This document shows positions 32,733 through 42,594 of a stretch of DNA of 64,000 bases, one piece after another. The stretch's first letter is position 1. Every line of letters starts with the position of its first letter. The translations under genes and the position numbers were made by a program. Origin of the DNA: an uncultured Pseudomonadota bacterium (lineage in GTDB: Bacteria; Myxococcota_A; Polyangia; Fen-1088); the NCBI GenBank assembly GCA_963774325.1, contig CAVZEF010000006.1, positions 1,214,003 to 1,278,002 of the forward strand, given 5' to 3'. Under the pieces are notes generated by a model that saw nothing but the letters and a program-made list of their open reading frames with translations, was not told where the DNA came from and searched no databases.

Positions 32733-33298
32733 GCCGCCTGCAACGCGCGGTCGACGCGCGCGACTGGACGCGCGGGCCGGCCGGCGCGCCGGTGACGCTG
32801 CTCGAGTACGCCGACTTCGAGTGCCCGTTTTGCGGGCGCGCGTTTCATGAGCTCAAGCGGCTGGAGCGGGGCCTGCGGGACCGCATCCGCTTCGTGTTCC
32901 GCCACTTTCCGTTGTCGCAGATGCACCCGCACGCCGCGCTGGCCGCGGAAGCCGCCGAAGCGGCAGGCGCCCAGGACAAGTTCTGGGAGATGCACGACAC
33001 GCTGTTCTCTCATCAAAGCGCGCTGACGCTCGATGCGTTGCTGTCCTACGCCCGCGACCTCCGGATCGATGTCCGGCGCTTCGCCCGCGACCTGGACGAG
33101 CACCTCTATCTGCCAAAGGTGCGGCGCGACTTCGTCGACGGCGTTCGCAGCGGCGTCAACGGCACGCCGACGCTGTTCATCAACAACACGCGCTGGGACG
33201 GCCCCTACACCGCCGAGGCGCTGCTGCGCGGGATGCGCGGCGACCCGAGCATGATCGTCGAGCCGCTGACCGGGCTCCCCTGGGGCGGGGACGCCTAG
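32729..33298 (+). CDS. DsbA-family thiol:disulfide oxidoreductase
   Basis: CPFC active site with a thioredoxin fold. ATGA overlap with the peroxiredoxin gene. Confidence 0.8.
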   Translation: MSRLQRAVDARDWTRGPAGAPVTLLEYADFECPFCGRAFHELKRLERGLRDRIRFVFRHFPLSQMHPHAALAAEAAEAAGAQDKFWEMHDTLFSHQSALTLDALLSYARDLRIDVRRFARDLDEHLYLPKVRRDFVDGVRSGVNGTPTLFINNTRWDGPYTAEALLRGMRGDPSMIVEPLTGLPWGGDA

Positions 33299-33354
33299 AC
33301 GAGACGAGACGAATCGCTACGAGCCGAGACCAGACGAATCGCTGGGAGGTCACC

Positions 33355-33948
33355 ATGTGGCTGAAGAACTGGGGGTGGACGGTCGCTCGCGGGGTCGCCG
33401 CGATCATTTTCGGGTTGCTCGCGCTGCTGATGCCCGGCATCACCTGGGTCGTCTTGATGGGGTTCTTCGCGGCCTATACGCTCATCGATGGTATCGCCGC
33501 GCTGGTGGCTGCGATGTCGAAGGAGAGGTCGCACGATCGGTCGCAAGATCGACCGTGGGGCCTGCTTTTCTTCAAGGGCGTCCTGGGAATCGCGCTCGCG
33601 TTCATTTGGGTGATCTGGCCCGCGCGCGTGAGCCTGGCGTTCCTGTACGTCATCGGAACGTGGGCAATCGTGAGCGGCCTGCTCGAGATCGGCTCGGCGA
33701 TCCGGCTGCGCCGGCTCATCCGGCACGAATGGCTGCTGGCATTCGCCGGCGCGCTCTCGATCGCGTTCGGCGTGCTCGTCTGGATGCAACCGCTGGCCGG
33801 CGCGCTGGCGCTGGTGTGGTGGATCGGGTCGTACGCGATCGTGTTCGGCGGACTCCTCATCGCGCTGGGATTCCGCATGCGGCGCCTCACGACCGACGGC
33901 CCCGCGCGAGCCATTCCGCTCGATGGCAGGCTCCGCCACCAAAGCTAG
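33355..33948 (+). CDS. HdeD-family (DUF308) membrane protein
   Basis: Six TM helices; the MWLKNWGW..AAIIFGLLAL pattern. Confidence 0.7.
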   Translation: MWLKNWGWTVARGVAAIIFGLLALLMPGITWVVLMGFFAAYTLIDGIAALVAAMSKERSHDRSQDRPWGLLFFKGVLGIALAFIWVIWPARVSLAFLYVIGTWAIVSGLLEIGSAIRLRRLIRHEWLLAFAGALSIAFGVLVWMQPLAGALALVWWIGSYAIVFGGLLIALGFRMRRLTTDGPARAIPLDGRLRHQS

Positions 33949-33998
33949 TGTCGAGCGGGAGACCGAACCGCCGAGCCAGCGAACGTAGAGCGCAAGCG

Positions 33999-36683
33999 TC
34001 AGCGCCGCCGTCGGCGGGCCGACATCAGCGCGACGGCGAGAAGCAGCGCCGCGCACCCGAGCGGATGTCCGCCGGGCGGCGCGGTCGCGCATCCGCAGCC
34101 GCCGGACTGCGTCTTCATTTTGCCCTCCCCTCCCGCGGCGCCGCTGTCGAGCGGGGGCGGATTGCCGGCCGCGCCACCGCCGGCGTCAGCCGACGCAGCG
34201 TCGGCGTGCGCGCCACCGCCGCCGCCGGTGCCGAGCGTCGCCGGCCCGTCGGTGCTGCCGCCGTCGCGTCCGCCGGTGCCGGCGCCACCGTTACCACCGG
34301 CGCCGCTCATGCCCCCCGCTCCGCCCGCACCGGCGTCGGGCGACGCGCCGCCGTCGGGGCTCGACCCGCCCGTGCACTGGTTGTCGATCACGCCGTCGCA
34401 GTCGTCGTCGCGCCCGTTGCACACTTCGACCTCGACCGGCGTGGTCTCGACGCACGTCACGTTGTTCAGGCCGTCGCACATGTAGACGCCTTCCTGGCAC
34501 AGGTCGGCGTCGGGACCGTCGCAGGGCGTGTAGACGTAGACCGGCAACTGGCAGACGCCGCCGCACGTGTTGCTGATGCCCTCGTCGACGACGCCGTCGC
34601 AGTTGTCATCCATGCCGTTGCAAACTTCGATCGCGGGCCCCACGGCGCCGCTGCAAGCGCTCCAGATGCCCGCCGACGTGCAGGTCCGCGTGCCCGGCGT
34701 GCAGAGCCCGACGTCGTAGCCGGCGCACCGGTGCGGCACACCGCCGTCGGGCGTGCAGGGAACAATCGTGAAGCTGTTCATGGCCGACGCCGTGGCCTGG
34801 CCGCAGGCGTCGAGCGCGCGCACGTACCAGGTGTGCGAGCCGCTGGACAGATCCGACGGAACCAGCCAGCTCGATGTCTGACCGTCGACGGTCTTGGCCA
34901 GCGTGCCGTCGACGTAGATCTCGTACTTGCTGACGCCGCCGGCGTCGCTGGCGGGCGTCCAGGTGAACAGCGGCGGGTCGGCGCTCGACGAAGCGTTCGC
35001 GGGCGCGACCAGCGCCGGCGCGCCCGGCGCGGTGTAGTCGACGAGCAGGTTGAACGTCTCGATCGACCGCCGCAGGTTGCCGGCGCGATCGATCGCGACC
35101 GCGTACCAGGTGTGCATCCCCGGCGCCAGCGCCACCGACGGCGTCCCGCAGGTGATGAGCGGGTTGTCGGTCGAGAACGCGAGAGCGCCGTCGATCCAGA
35201 GTTGATAGCCGCCGATGCCGCCCGGATCCGAAGCGACGTTCCAGCACAGGCTGGGCGTCGGCGTGATCGAGCAGGAGCTCATGGCCGGCATGCGCAGGCG
35301 AAACTGATCGGGCTTGGTCGTGTCGACGATGAACGTCCGGGTCGTCGAGGTGGTGACGTTGCCGACCGCGTCGAACGCCTGCACGTTCCAGGTGTGCATC
35401 CCGTCGGCGAGCCGATTGGGGATGGTATAGGTCGTCGTCGTGAGGACCGTTCCCACCGGGTTGGTGCTGGTCGATCCGGTGGAGGCGCCGTCGATGTTGA
35501 GCTCATAGGTCACGCCGCCCGACCCCTGATCGATCGCCGCCTGCCAGGAGAACGTCGGGAACTGCTGATTGATGGCCACGCCGTCGGCCGGGCTGAGCAG
35601 CCCGAACACGCGCCCGCCGGTCACCGTCGCGGTGACCGTCTTGTCGTTGCACCCGGCGGTCTCGGAGTTGCTGCCCAGCTCGAGGAGGCCGGTGTCATTG
35701 ATCCCGGCGGTGAACGTCGCCGACTTGCCGATGCACTTGAATTGCGAGCCGCCCCCGACGCGTGCGATCAACGTTCCGTTGTTGCAGCTCTGCGTCGGTA
35801 TGTTGACCTGATTGACGTAGCCGTTGGTGTCGAAGCAAGCGCTGGTGCAACCGAGAAAGCACCAGGTGCCGGTCGACGTCACCGAGATCTGATCGCCCGG
35901 CCGGACGTTGATGCCGGTGTTCACCATCTTGTCGGTCGGGAAAGTGGCAAAGTTCGGCGTGTTGTTGCTGTCCAGCTCGAAGACACCGCCGTTGCCGGCC
36001 GCGGGGCCGGTGTTGTCGGTGGTGAAGGCGCGACCGCCCACGCCGCCCGGCGCCTCGTTGCACCAGCGGATGTTGCCGGCCACGTCCTCGGCCGACACCG
36101 CCCAGGTATGCGGACCGTCGGTGGGATTGCAGGTGGCGGGAAAGAACGAGAAGAAGGCACCGGTCACGTCGCCGCACAGCGTGCCGTCGACGTAAAAGTG
36201 GTACTTCGAGATCCCGCTGCCACCGTCGGTGGCGGCGGCCCAGGTGAAGGCGGAGCTGCTGCCGCGCACGAAGCCGCCGGCCGCGGGCGCGGTCAAGCCG
36301 AACGCCGAGGGCGGCATGGTGTCGACGAAGAACGATGACGTGCTGCTATCGCCCGTGATGGTCCCGTCGGTGGCGCGAACGTGCCAGGTATAGGGGCTGC
36401 CGGCTTCCGACAGCGTCTCGCCGGCGGCGATCGTGTAGGCCGTCGCGGTCAGTCCCGTCTTCACCAGCGGCGTTCCGCTGGTCGGCGTGACGGTCAGGGT
36501 GTACGACGTCGCGCCCGAGGCCGCGGTCCAGTTCAAGGTCGGCGTCGCGTTCACGTACCCGCCGTTCGAGGGGCTGCTGAGGCTGAACGCGCCGACCGCG
36601 GCGCTCGCGGGCCGCGGCGCGAGCCAGAAGAACAGCGAGAATAGACCGACGGCAACCGCCCTGGCACGCGCCTGACTGGACAT
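33999..36683 (-). CDS. Large secreted surface protein with repeated Ig/FN3-like domains, three CxxxDDxCDGxxD cysteine-rich motifs and a C-terminal MYXO-CTERM sorting signal
   Basis: Signal peptide; repeated ...HTW.V.A.D... modules. The C-terminus reads GGCGCATAPPGGHPLGCAALLLAVALMSARRRRR. Confidence 0.8.
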   Translation of the reverse strand: MSSQARARAVAVGLFSLFFWLAPRPASAAVGAFSLSSPSNGGYVNATPTLNWTAASGATSYTLTVTPTSGTPLVKTGLTATAYTIAAGETLSEAGSPYTWHVRATDGTITGDSSTSSFFVDTMPPSAFGLTAPAAGGFVRGSSSAFTWAAATDGGSGISKYHFYVDGTLCGDVTGAFFSFFPATCNPTDGPHTWAVSAEDVAGNIRWCNEAPGGVGGRAFTTDNTGPAAGNGGVFELDSNNTPNFATFPTDKMVNTGINVRPGDQISVTSTGTWCFLGCTSACFDTNGYVNQVNIPTQSCNNGTLIARVGGGSQFKCIGKSATFTAGINDTGLLELGSNSETAGCNDKTVTATVTGGRVFGLLSPADGVAINQQFPTFSWQAAIDQGSGGVTYELNIDGASTGSTSTNPVGTVLTTTTYTIPNRLADGMHTWNVQAFDAVGNVTTSTTRTFIVDTTKPDQFRLRMPAMSSCSITPTPSLCWNVASDPGGIGGYQLWIDGALAFSTDNPLITCGTPSVALAPGMHTWYAVAIDRAGNLRRSIETFNLLVDYTAPGAPALVAPANASSSADPPLFTWTPASDAGGVSKYEIYVDGTLAKTVDGQTSSWLVPSDLSSGSHTWYVRALDACGQATASAMNSFTIVPCTPDGGVPHRCAGYDVGLCTPGTRTCTSAGIWSACSGAVGPAIEVCNGMDDNCDGVVDEGISNTCGGVCQLPVYVYTPCDGPDADLCQEGVYMCDGLNNVTCVETTPVEVEVCNGRDDDCDGVIDNQCTGGSSPDGGASPDAGAGGAGGMSGAGGNGGAGTGGRDGGSTDGPATLGTGGGGGAHADAASADAGGGAAGNPPPLDSGAAGGEGKMKTQSGGCGCATAPPGGHPLGCAALLLAVALMSARRRRR

Positions 36684-36710
36684 GGGGCCGCGAGTTTAAC
36701 GGAAACGCGG

Positions 36711-39701
36711 TCAGATGGCGTGCGCGGCCGACTCGGCGCTCGCCGCGCGGGCCGGCGTCGCGCGCACGAAGCGGAACTCGAAGCGCGTCCCCTGCCCCGG
36801 CCGGCTCTCGACGTGGATCGTGCCGCCCAGCTGGTGGCAGACCTGCTGCACCGCCGACAAACCCACGCCGCGGCCGGACAGATCCGATACGACATCGCGC
36901 GTGCTGATACCGTCGGTGAACAGCGCCTGGATGAGGTCGCGCTCGGTCGCGGCCGGCAGCGCGCGGCGGGCGGCGCGCTGTCGGATCGCCCCCCAGTCGA
37001 TGCCGCGGCCGTCGTCGGCGACTGCGATGACGAACTCGGCCCCCTCGACGCGGCTCTCGATCGTGACCTGGCCGGCGCGCGGCTTGCCGGCGCGCACACG
37101 CTCGTCCGCCGGCTCGATGCCGTGATCGACGGAGTTGCGCACGACGTGCACGAGCACGCCCAGGAACGAACGCATCTCGGCGCCCGGTAAGCGCAGCCGG
37201 TGATCGACGATGCGCGGCTCGACCTCCTTGTTGAGGCGCGCGCCGAGCTGGCGGATGGTGCGCGCGTAGATCGCCAGCGCCTGCGCCATCGGCGGTTCGC
37301 TCCAGCCGCGCGCCAGGCGCAGCAGCTCGGCGTGGTCCTCGCGCGACTCGAGCCGCTGCAGGAACTCGACGTGCTCGCTCTCCTCGAGCCGGATCGACGC
37401 CTGCGCCTCCCCTCCCAGGAACACGCTGAAGCTGCCAAGCATCACGTTCCAGTCGCGCGCCAGCGCCTCCACGCCCGTGGCGACGCGCGGCGACGTCAGG
37501 TCGCCGCCCTCGGACTCGAGCAGGTCTTCGAGATCGTGACACTGGGTCGCGAAGAGCTCGAAGCCGTAGGCCGCGGCGCTGCCCTTGAGCGTGTGCAGCA
37601 GGCGACGCCACTCGGCGCCGTCGCTCGACACGCCGAGGCGCGCCAGCATCTGCTCGGTCTCCTCGACGAACGCCTGGAACCCGTCGCGGTCGCGCAGCAG
37701 GTGCCGCACGATGAGCGGCAGCTCGCGGTGGAGCTGCTGCAGGCGATCCTGCTCCAGCTGCTGGGTCACGTCGGCGAGGGTGAACACCAGCTCGGCGAAC
37801 GCGCCGTCGCGCAACACTTGATGACAGGTCAGGCTGTAGGTCTGCCCGCCGCGCGTGAACCGGGCCGGCAGCTGCGCCACGGCGACGTCGAACGGCAGCA
37901 TCTCGTCGGTCACCTGTTCCAGCGCCGCGCGGAACCAGAGCTTGTCAGGGCTGTCTTGGCCGAAGAGATAGTCGGCCAGCTCGCCGCCCGCCGCCGGGGC
38001 TCCGAACCACTCCGCCGCCGTGCGCGAGTGGACCCGGGTCAGGCGGCCCTGGCGATCGCAGACCACCAGCCCCTCCTTCATGCTGTCGAGCACGCCCTGA
38101 AGATTTTGGTTGGCGTAGCCGAGCTCGACATTGCCCTCCTCGACGCGGCGTAACGCCCCGTGCAGCGCCAGCTCGGCGTCGCGGCGCGCGGTGATATCCT
38201 GGCCGACGGCCTGCACCTCGACGCGCGCGCCCGCCGGCGAGAACAGCGCGCGATAGGTCCAGAGCACCCAGCGCCGCTCGCCGGCGCCGGTGACGATCGC
38301 CTGCTCGCGCTCGGCAGTCGGCGCCTCCGGCGTCAGCGCGTCGACGCGGGCGCGCTCGGCGCCACCGGTGTCGCTCCCCGACAGCGCCCAGACCGAGCGC
38401 CCCACGAGCTCTGGTGCGGTGGTGCCGCAGAGGCGCGCGAGCGCGCCGTTGGCGAACACGATGCGGCCGGCGCCGTCGAAGCGGCAGATGAGCTGCGAGC
38501 CGTCCTCGACGATCGAGCGGTAGCGATCCTCGCTCTCGCGCAGGCGCGCGCGGCTCTTGCGCGTCAGCGTGCGGATGGCCGCGATGAGCGCCAGGATCAC
38601 CAGCGACTCGCCACCCATGCCACCGAGCGCCGCCCAGACGTAGGTGCGGTAGCGCTCGTAGAACGAGAACGGGCGATCGACCACGACCGCGCCCGGCGGC
38701 GGATGCTCCACGTCGAGGTGCCAGCGCACGAACGCCGGGTAGCTCAGCATGTAGACGTTGGGGCTGTCGCGCACGATCGGCACGTCGGCGGCGCGCGCGC
38801 CGTCGAGGATGCGCAGGCCCATGCGCGCCGCCGTCTCGCCCTGGCTGGTGCCGCTCACGACATAGCCGCCGGCGGCGCCGTGGCTGACCGACGTGTCGGT
38901 CAAGCCGAACAGCGGCACGGGCGCGGCGTCGAGGATGATCCGGTGCGACTCGCCCATCGACAGCGGCGTGCCGGCGCGATCGCGCATGAACATGCCCCAG
39001 AACACCACCGCGTCGTCGTGCAGCGCGCGTAGCCGCGCCTGCAGCTCGGCGACGGTGACGTTGGAGATCACGCGGAACGTGAAGCGGCTGCGCCAGCGCG
39101 CCTCGACGTCCTCCAGGCGGTGAATGTAGCCGGCGCTGGTCGCGCTCTGATCGAACACGAACACCAGCTCTCGCGTCGCCGGGCGCAGGTGAGCGATCCA
39201 GTCGATGTTCTTGTCGAGGTCACCCTCTTCGTTGACGCCGGTGACGTTGGAGAAACCGGCGATGCGCCCGTCGCGGAACCCGTTGACCCCGCAGAACACC
39301 ACCGGCACGCCGGGGAAGAGCTGGTCGCGATAGGCCTTGAGGAAGTCGAGCGCGTCATCGTCCGACGACACGATGAGGTCGAAGCGCAGGTTGTGGTACT
39401 TGCGCGCGTAGATCTCGGACAGCAGGCGCGCGTATTCGGGCGTGAACGCCTTCTTCGAATCCATGTATTCGATGAAGAGCTCGACGTCGTCCCGCGCCTC
39501 GAAGACCGCCTGCGCGCCGCGCACGATGTTGGCGGTCCAGCGGTAGGTCGGCTCGTACGAGTTGAGGATCAGGACGTTCTTGCGCGCCGCCGGGGCCGCT
39601 CGCGCGGGTGCGCCGCCCCCTCCGCCCGCCAGCAGGACCGAGGCAATCCCTGCCAGGGCGAGTGAGCGGAGGTACCGGGGTGGGTGGCGGCGTACAAACA
39701 T
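36711..39701 (-). CDS. Sensor-fused CheA-type kinase: periplasmic PBP/sugar-binding-like domain, TM, PAS, HPt, CheA-type HATPase, with no CheW-like domain
   Basis: Signal/TM segment MFVRRHPPRYLRSLALAGIASVLLAG. HPt: LHTLKGSAAAYGF. CheA N-box: HVVRNSVDHGIE, then GRGVGL...GQGTRFEFRF. Confidence 0.75.
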   Translation of the reverse strand: MFVRRHPPRYLRSLALAGIASVLLAGGGGGAPARAAPAARKNVLILNSYEPTYRWTANIVRGAQAVFEARDDVELFIEYMDSKKAFTPEYARLLSEIYARKYHNLRFDLIVSSDDDALDFLKAYRDQLFPGVPVVFCGVNGFRDGRIAGFSNVTGVNEEGDLDKNIDWIAHLRPATRELVFVFDQSATSAGYIHRLEDVEARWRSRFTFRVISNVTVAELQARLRALHDDAVVFWGMFMRDRAGTPLSMGESHRIILDAAPVPLFGLTDTSVSHGAAGGYVVSGTSQGETAARMGLRILDGARAADVPIVRDSPNVYMLSYPAFVRWHLDVEHPPPGAVVVDRPFSFYERYRTYVWAALGGMGGESLVILALIAAIRTLTRKSRARLRESEDRYRSIVEDGSQLICRFDGAGRIVFANGALARLCGTTAPELVGRSVWALSGSDTGGAERARVDALTPEAPTAEREQAIVTGAGERRWVLWTYRALFSPAGARVEVQAVGQDITARRDAELALHGALRRVEEGNVELGYANQNLQGVLDSMKEGLVVCDRQGRLTRVHSRTAAEWFGAPAAGGELADYLFGQDSPDKLWFRAALEQVTDEMLPFDVAVAQLPARFTRGGQTYSLTCHQVLRDGAFAELVFTLADVTQQLEQDRLQQLHRELPLIVRHLLRDRDGFQAFVEETEQMLARLGVSSDGAEWRRLLHTLKGSAAAYGFELFATQCHDLEDLLESEGGDLTSPRVATGVEALARDWNVMLGSFSVFLGGEAQASIRLEESEHVEFLQRLESREDHAELLRLARGWSEPPMAQALAIYARTIRQLGARLNKEVEPRIVDHRLRLPGAEMRSFLGVLVHVVRNSVDHGIEPADERVRAGKPRAGQVTIESRVEGAEFVIAVADDGRGIDWGAIRQRAARRALPAATERDLIQALFTDGISTRDVVSDLSGRGVGLSAVQQVCHQLGGTIHVESRPGQGTRFEFRFVRATPARAASAESAAHAI

Positions 39702-39931
39702 GGTGCGCGGGAGGGCTGATATCGCGTGGACGGAGCTCGGCTCGCCGAAGAAGTCCATCGTGGGAGGGTTCGGAGCCCTCCGAGGGTTCCCGTGAATGCG
39801 ATCGGATGATCGCTCGAAGACTTGATGGCCGGCGCCCAAGGCCGCACCAAGTCGGGCCATGACGGGCGATGACGGCGCGGCGCCAACGATGTGTGCGAAC
39901 ACGCACTCGCGGGCACGGCGACGCCCGCGCC

Positions 39932-40897
39932 TCAGCGGCCGGACAGCGGCGGGCGCGGCTCGCCGTGCCGGCGAACACCAGCGTGCACTTCGGCTTTGCG
40001 CTCCGGCGCGAGACCGGCGACCGTGCCGTGCGCGGGCACGTGCAGCGGCCAGTCGGCCATCCACGGCGCCGGGTCCCAGTAGATCTCCGAGAACTGGTGC
40101 GACGGCATGACCGACAGCGTGAACGTCACGTGCCGTGTCTGCCGGCCGCTCCCGGTATCACCGGCGAGGCCGATCACGTCGCCGGCCTTGACCACCGATC
40201 CGCGCGTCAGCCTGAGGGGAACGGCCGCGAGGTGAAAGTACTGCGTGAACACGTAGCCGCCGAAGTGCGCGAGCCGCACGTAGGCGCCGCCCGGATCGTC
40301 GGAGCCATCGCGCTGGACGCGATCGACCACGCCGTCCTGCGCGGCGTAGACGTGCTCGCCCCAGAGCTCACCACCGATATCCACGCCACAATGACCGGAC
40401 GGCCGGCAAGCGGCGGGGTGCTCGCGCGGCGGCGCCGGTCCGAAGATCCGGCGGTCGATCACCGGCGTACGTCGCACCGGCCCGGGCAGCGGGTAGACCC
40501 ACGCCGCGCGCCCGAAGAGCGCGATCCACTCCTCGTCGGACGGCGGCCAGAGCGGTCCGAACGCGGGCCCCGACATCGAGCGTATCGGCGGCGCGGTCGG
40601 GCGCAGCGGCTCCGGCGACGGCTCGAACGTGATCGTCTGCGGCTGCCAGCGCTGGTAGAGCTGCCACAGCGTCTTCCCGCCCGCGATCGCCAGCACCGCC
40701 AGCGCCACGCGCAGCAGCCAGCGCGTCTGGGTGGCCGCGTGCACCTTGTGCAGCTTTCGCACCGCGCGGCGCAGGCAGGCCTCCGAGCAGAAGAGATCGT
40801 GCGTGCCCCAGCCGCGCGCGAGCACCAGCCGTTCCTTCCCGTCCTCGAAGACGTGGCCGCAGGTCGCGCAGCCGATGGCGGGTCTGGTCTTTCTCAC
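39932..40897 (-). CDS. M23 (LytM) family metallopeptidase with an N-terminal zinc-ribbon-like CxxC...CxxxC and a TM segment
   Basis: Motifs HCGVDIGG, YFHL and GDTG. Confidence 0.75.
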   Translation of the reverse strand: MRKTRPAIGCATCGHVFEDGKERLVLARGWGTHDLFCSEACLRRAVRKLHKVHAATQTRWLLRVALAVLAIAGGKTLWQLYQRWQPQTITFEPSPEPLRPTAPPIRSMSGPAFGPLWPPSDEEWIALFGRAAWVYPLPGPVRRTPVIDRRIFGPAPPREHPAACRPSGHCGVDIGGELWGEHVYAAQDGVVDRVQRDGSDDPGGAYVRLAHFGGYVFTQYFHLAAVPLRLTRGSVVKAGDVIGLAGDTGSGRQTRHVTFTLSVMPSHQFSEIYWDPAPWMADWPLHVPAHGTVAGLAPERKAEVHAGVRRHGEPRPPLSGR

Positions 40898-40925
40898 GAC
40901 GTGCTCACGTTTGATCTCGCCCCGG

Positions 40926-42035
40926 TCACTCGTCGCTCGAGGGTTCGCCCGACTCGGATTCGCCTTCTCCGGCGGACGGCGGCGCCGCGCTCTCCTTGTC
41001 TTCGCCGTCCGACTCCGCCGCGTGCGTCTTGCCGCCCTTGCCGCCGCCGCGTTCCGCCTTCGCCAGCTTGCGCTTGTGCCCCGCGCCGAGCGGCGCCGAT
41101 CCCAGCGGCGCGCCCACGGGCGCGACGGTGTTGACCAACCCGACCTCGCTGCCGTCGACGGGCACGCGCAGCGGCCAGAGCGCGATCAGCGGCTCGGGGT
41201 CGATGTAGCGCTCGGGCCAGTCCTTGCCCGGCCGCACCGCGATCGTGAAGTGCAGGTGAGGCCCCGACTCCTTCACGCCGGTGTCACCGACCAGGCCGAT
41301 GACGTCGCCGCTCTTCACGACCGAGCCGCGTTCGAGGCCGCGCGGGATCGCGGCCAGGTGAAAGTACTGCGTGAACACCGTGCCACCGCGATGCGAGAGG
41401 CGCACGAACTGACCGCCGCGATCGGGGTTCACGCCGCGCTTGACCCAGTCGACGACGCCGTCGTGAACGGCGTGCACGTGTTCGCCCCAGATCTCTCCGC
41501 CCAGGTCGACACCGCAGTGGCCGTTGCGGCACTCGGCGGGGCGATCGCCGGGGCGCGCGGCGCCGAACACGCGCGAATCGCGGATCGGCATGCGGCGAAA
41601 CGGCCCGGCGAGTGGGTGAATCCAGGTGTCGCGGCCCAGTGCCGCGAGCGCGCTCGCATCGCTCTCCCAGTCGGGACCGAGCCAACCCTCGGGCAGCGGC
41701 GCGGCACCGGCGGAGCTGCCGGCGCCGCCGTCCGCGACCACCGCCGCGGCGGCGACGCGCGAAAGCTGGCGGGGCTTCGCGGCGCGCGGCGGCCCCTGGT
41801 GGGGCGCCAGGTAGGCGCCTGCGAAAATGATGCCGATCGTCAGCCGCCGCACCGAGAGCCGGCGCTCCGCCCAGCGCTCCCGACGATGCGCGCGCGCGAC
41901 CGCCTGGGAACACTCCCGGGAACACAGAACATAGAAAGACGACGCTTCGGCGCGTACGAACCGCCCCTCGCGGAGCGGACTTTGGCACAGGCCACAAGCG
42001 TCGGCTCCCTCGATCGTTGGTGAGGAGTCGACCAT
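40926..42035 (-). CDS. M23 family metallopeptidase, a paralog of the downstream gene with a Gly/Lys/Glu-rich C-terminal tail
   Basis: Same architecture: CGLCQS...CSREC, HCGVDLGG, YFHL, GDTG. Confidence 0.75.
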   Translation of the reverse strand: MVDSSPTIEGADACGLCQSPLREGRFVRAEASSFYVLCSRECSQAVARAHRRERWAERRLSVRRLTIGIIFAGAYLAPHQGPPRAAKPRQLSRVAAAAVVADGGAGSSAGAAPLPEGWLGPDWESDASALAALGRDTWIHPLAGPFRRMPIRDSRVFGAARPGDRPAECRNGHCGVDLGGEIWGEHVHAVHDGVVDWVKRGVNPDRGGQFVRLSHRGGTVFTQYFHLAAIPRGLERGSVVKSGDVIGLVGDTGVKESGPHLHFTIAVRPGKDWPERYIDPEPLIALWPLRVPVDGSEVGLVNTVAPVGAPLGSAPLGAGHKRKLAKAERGGGKGGKTHAAESDGEDKESAAPPSAGEGESESGEPSSDE

Positions 42036-42467
42036 GCCGTCGGAAACGCTCTCTCGGCAGCGCTGATGCGAAGCTTAGCAAGGGTCGGGCAGATCATCAC
42101 GCACCGATCTTCGAGTCGCGCAAAAGTCTGGGCGCGCCGCGTGCATAGATCCCCGGCCGGCGGGCGTTCACTTCCTCGAAGCATGATGCGTGCCGCCCGC
42201 CGGTCCGGCACTCGATCAGATTTGGGTGAACCAGAACACGCTGTCGAGCGCGCGTTCAGCTCGACTCGGCGAATCGCGTGCGGCGCAGACTCGAGACGCG
42301 AACGCGTATGAGCGAGCTCTGCGTGCGATGCACGCTGCCCGCGACCGACGAGAACAGCGCCTTCTGCGAGACAACGCGCAGCCCGTTTCGCATCGGAGAC
42401 GCGATCGTGCTCCCGCGCCATTGCACGTGGCGCGATCGATCGCCCGCCGGCGCGCACGACGTTCCCC

Positions 42468-42594
42468 GGCTAGCCGCAATGCCGGTCAGATAAAAACGCC
42501 AGGACGCGGGGAACGCCAGGATCCGGATTATTGAGAGTCCGGACTTGGCGTTCCTGGCGTCCTGGCGCTTCAGTGAACGGCATTGCGGCTAGCC
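42468..42594. repeat. 127-nt near-perfect nested palindrome (stems of 17 + 11 + 17 bp), followed by a T-run
   Basis: GGCTAGCCGCAATGCCG...CGCCAGGACGC...GGAACGCCAGGATCCGGA tTATTGAGAG TCCGGACTTGGCGTTCC...GCGTCCTGGCG...CGGCATTGCGGCTAGCC. Then gcccgcTTTTT at 42601. Confidence 0.7.

Noticed and set aside
33298-33355. Short direct repeat GAGACGAATCGCT x2 upstream of the hdeD-like gene
   Set aside because: Only two 13-nt copies. They may be a regulator half-site pair, but this is too little to call.
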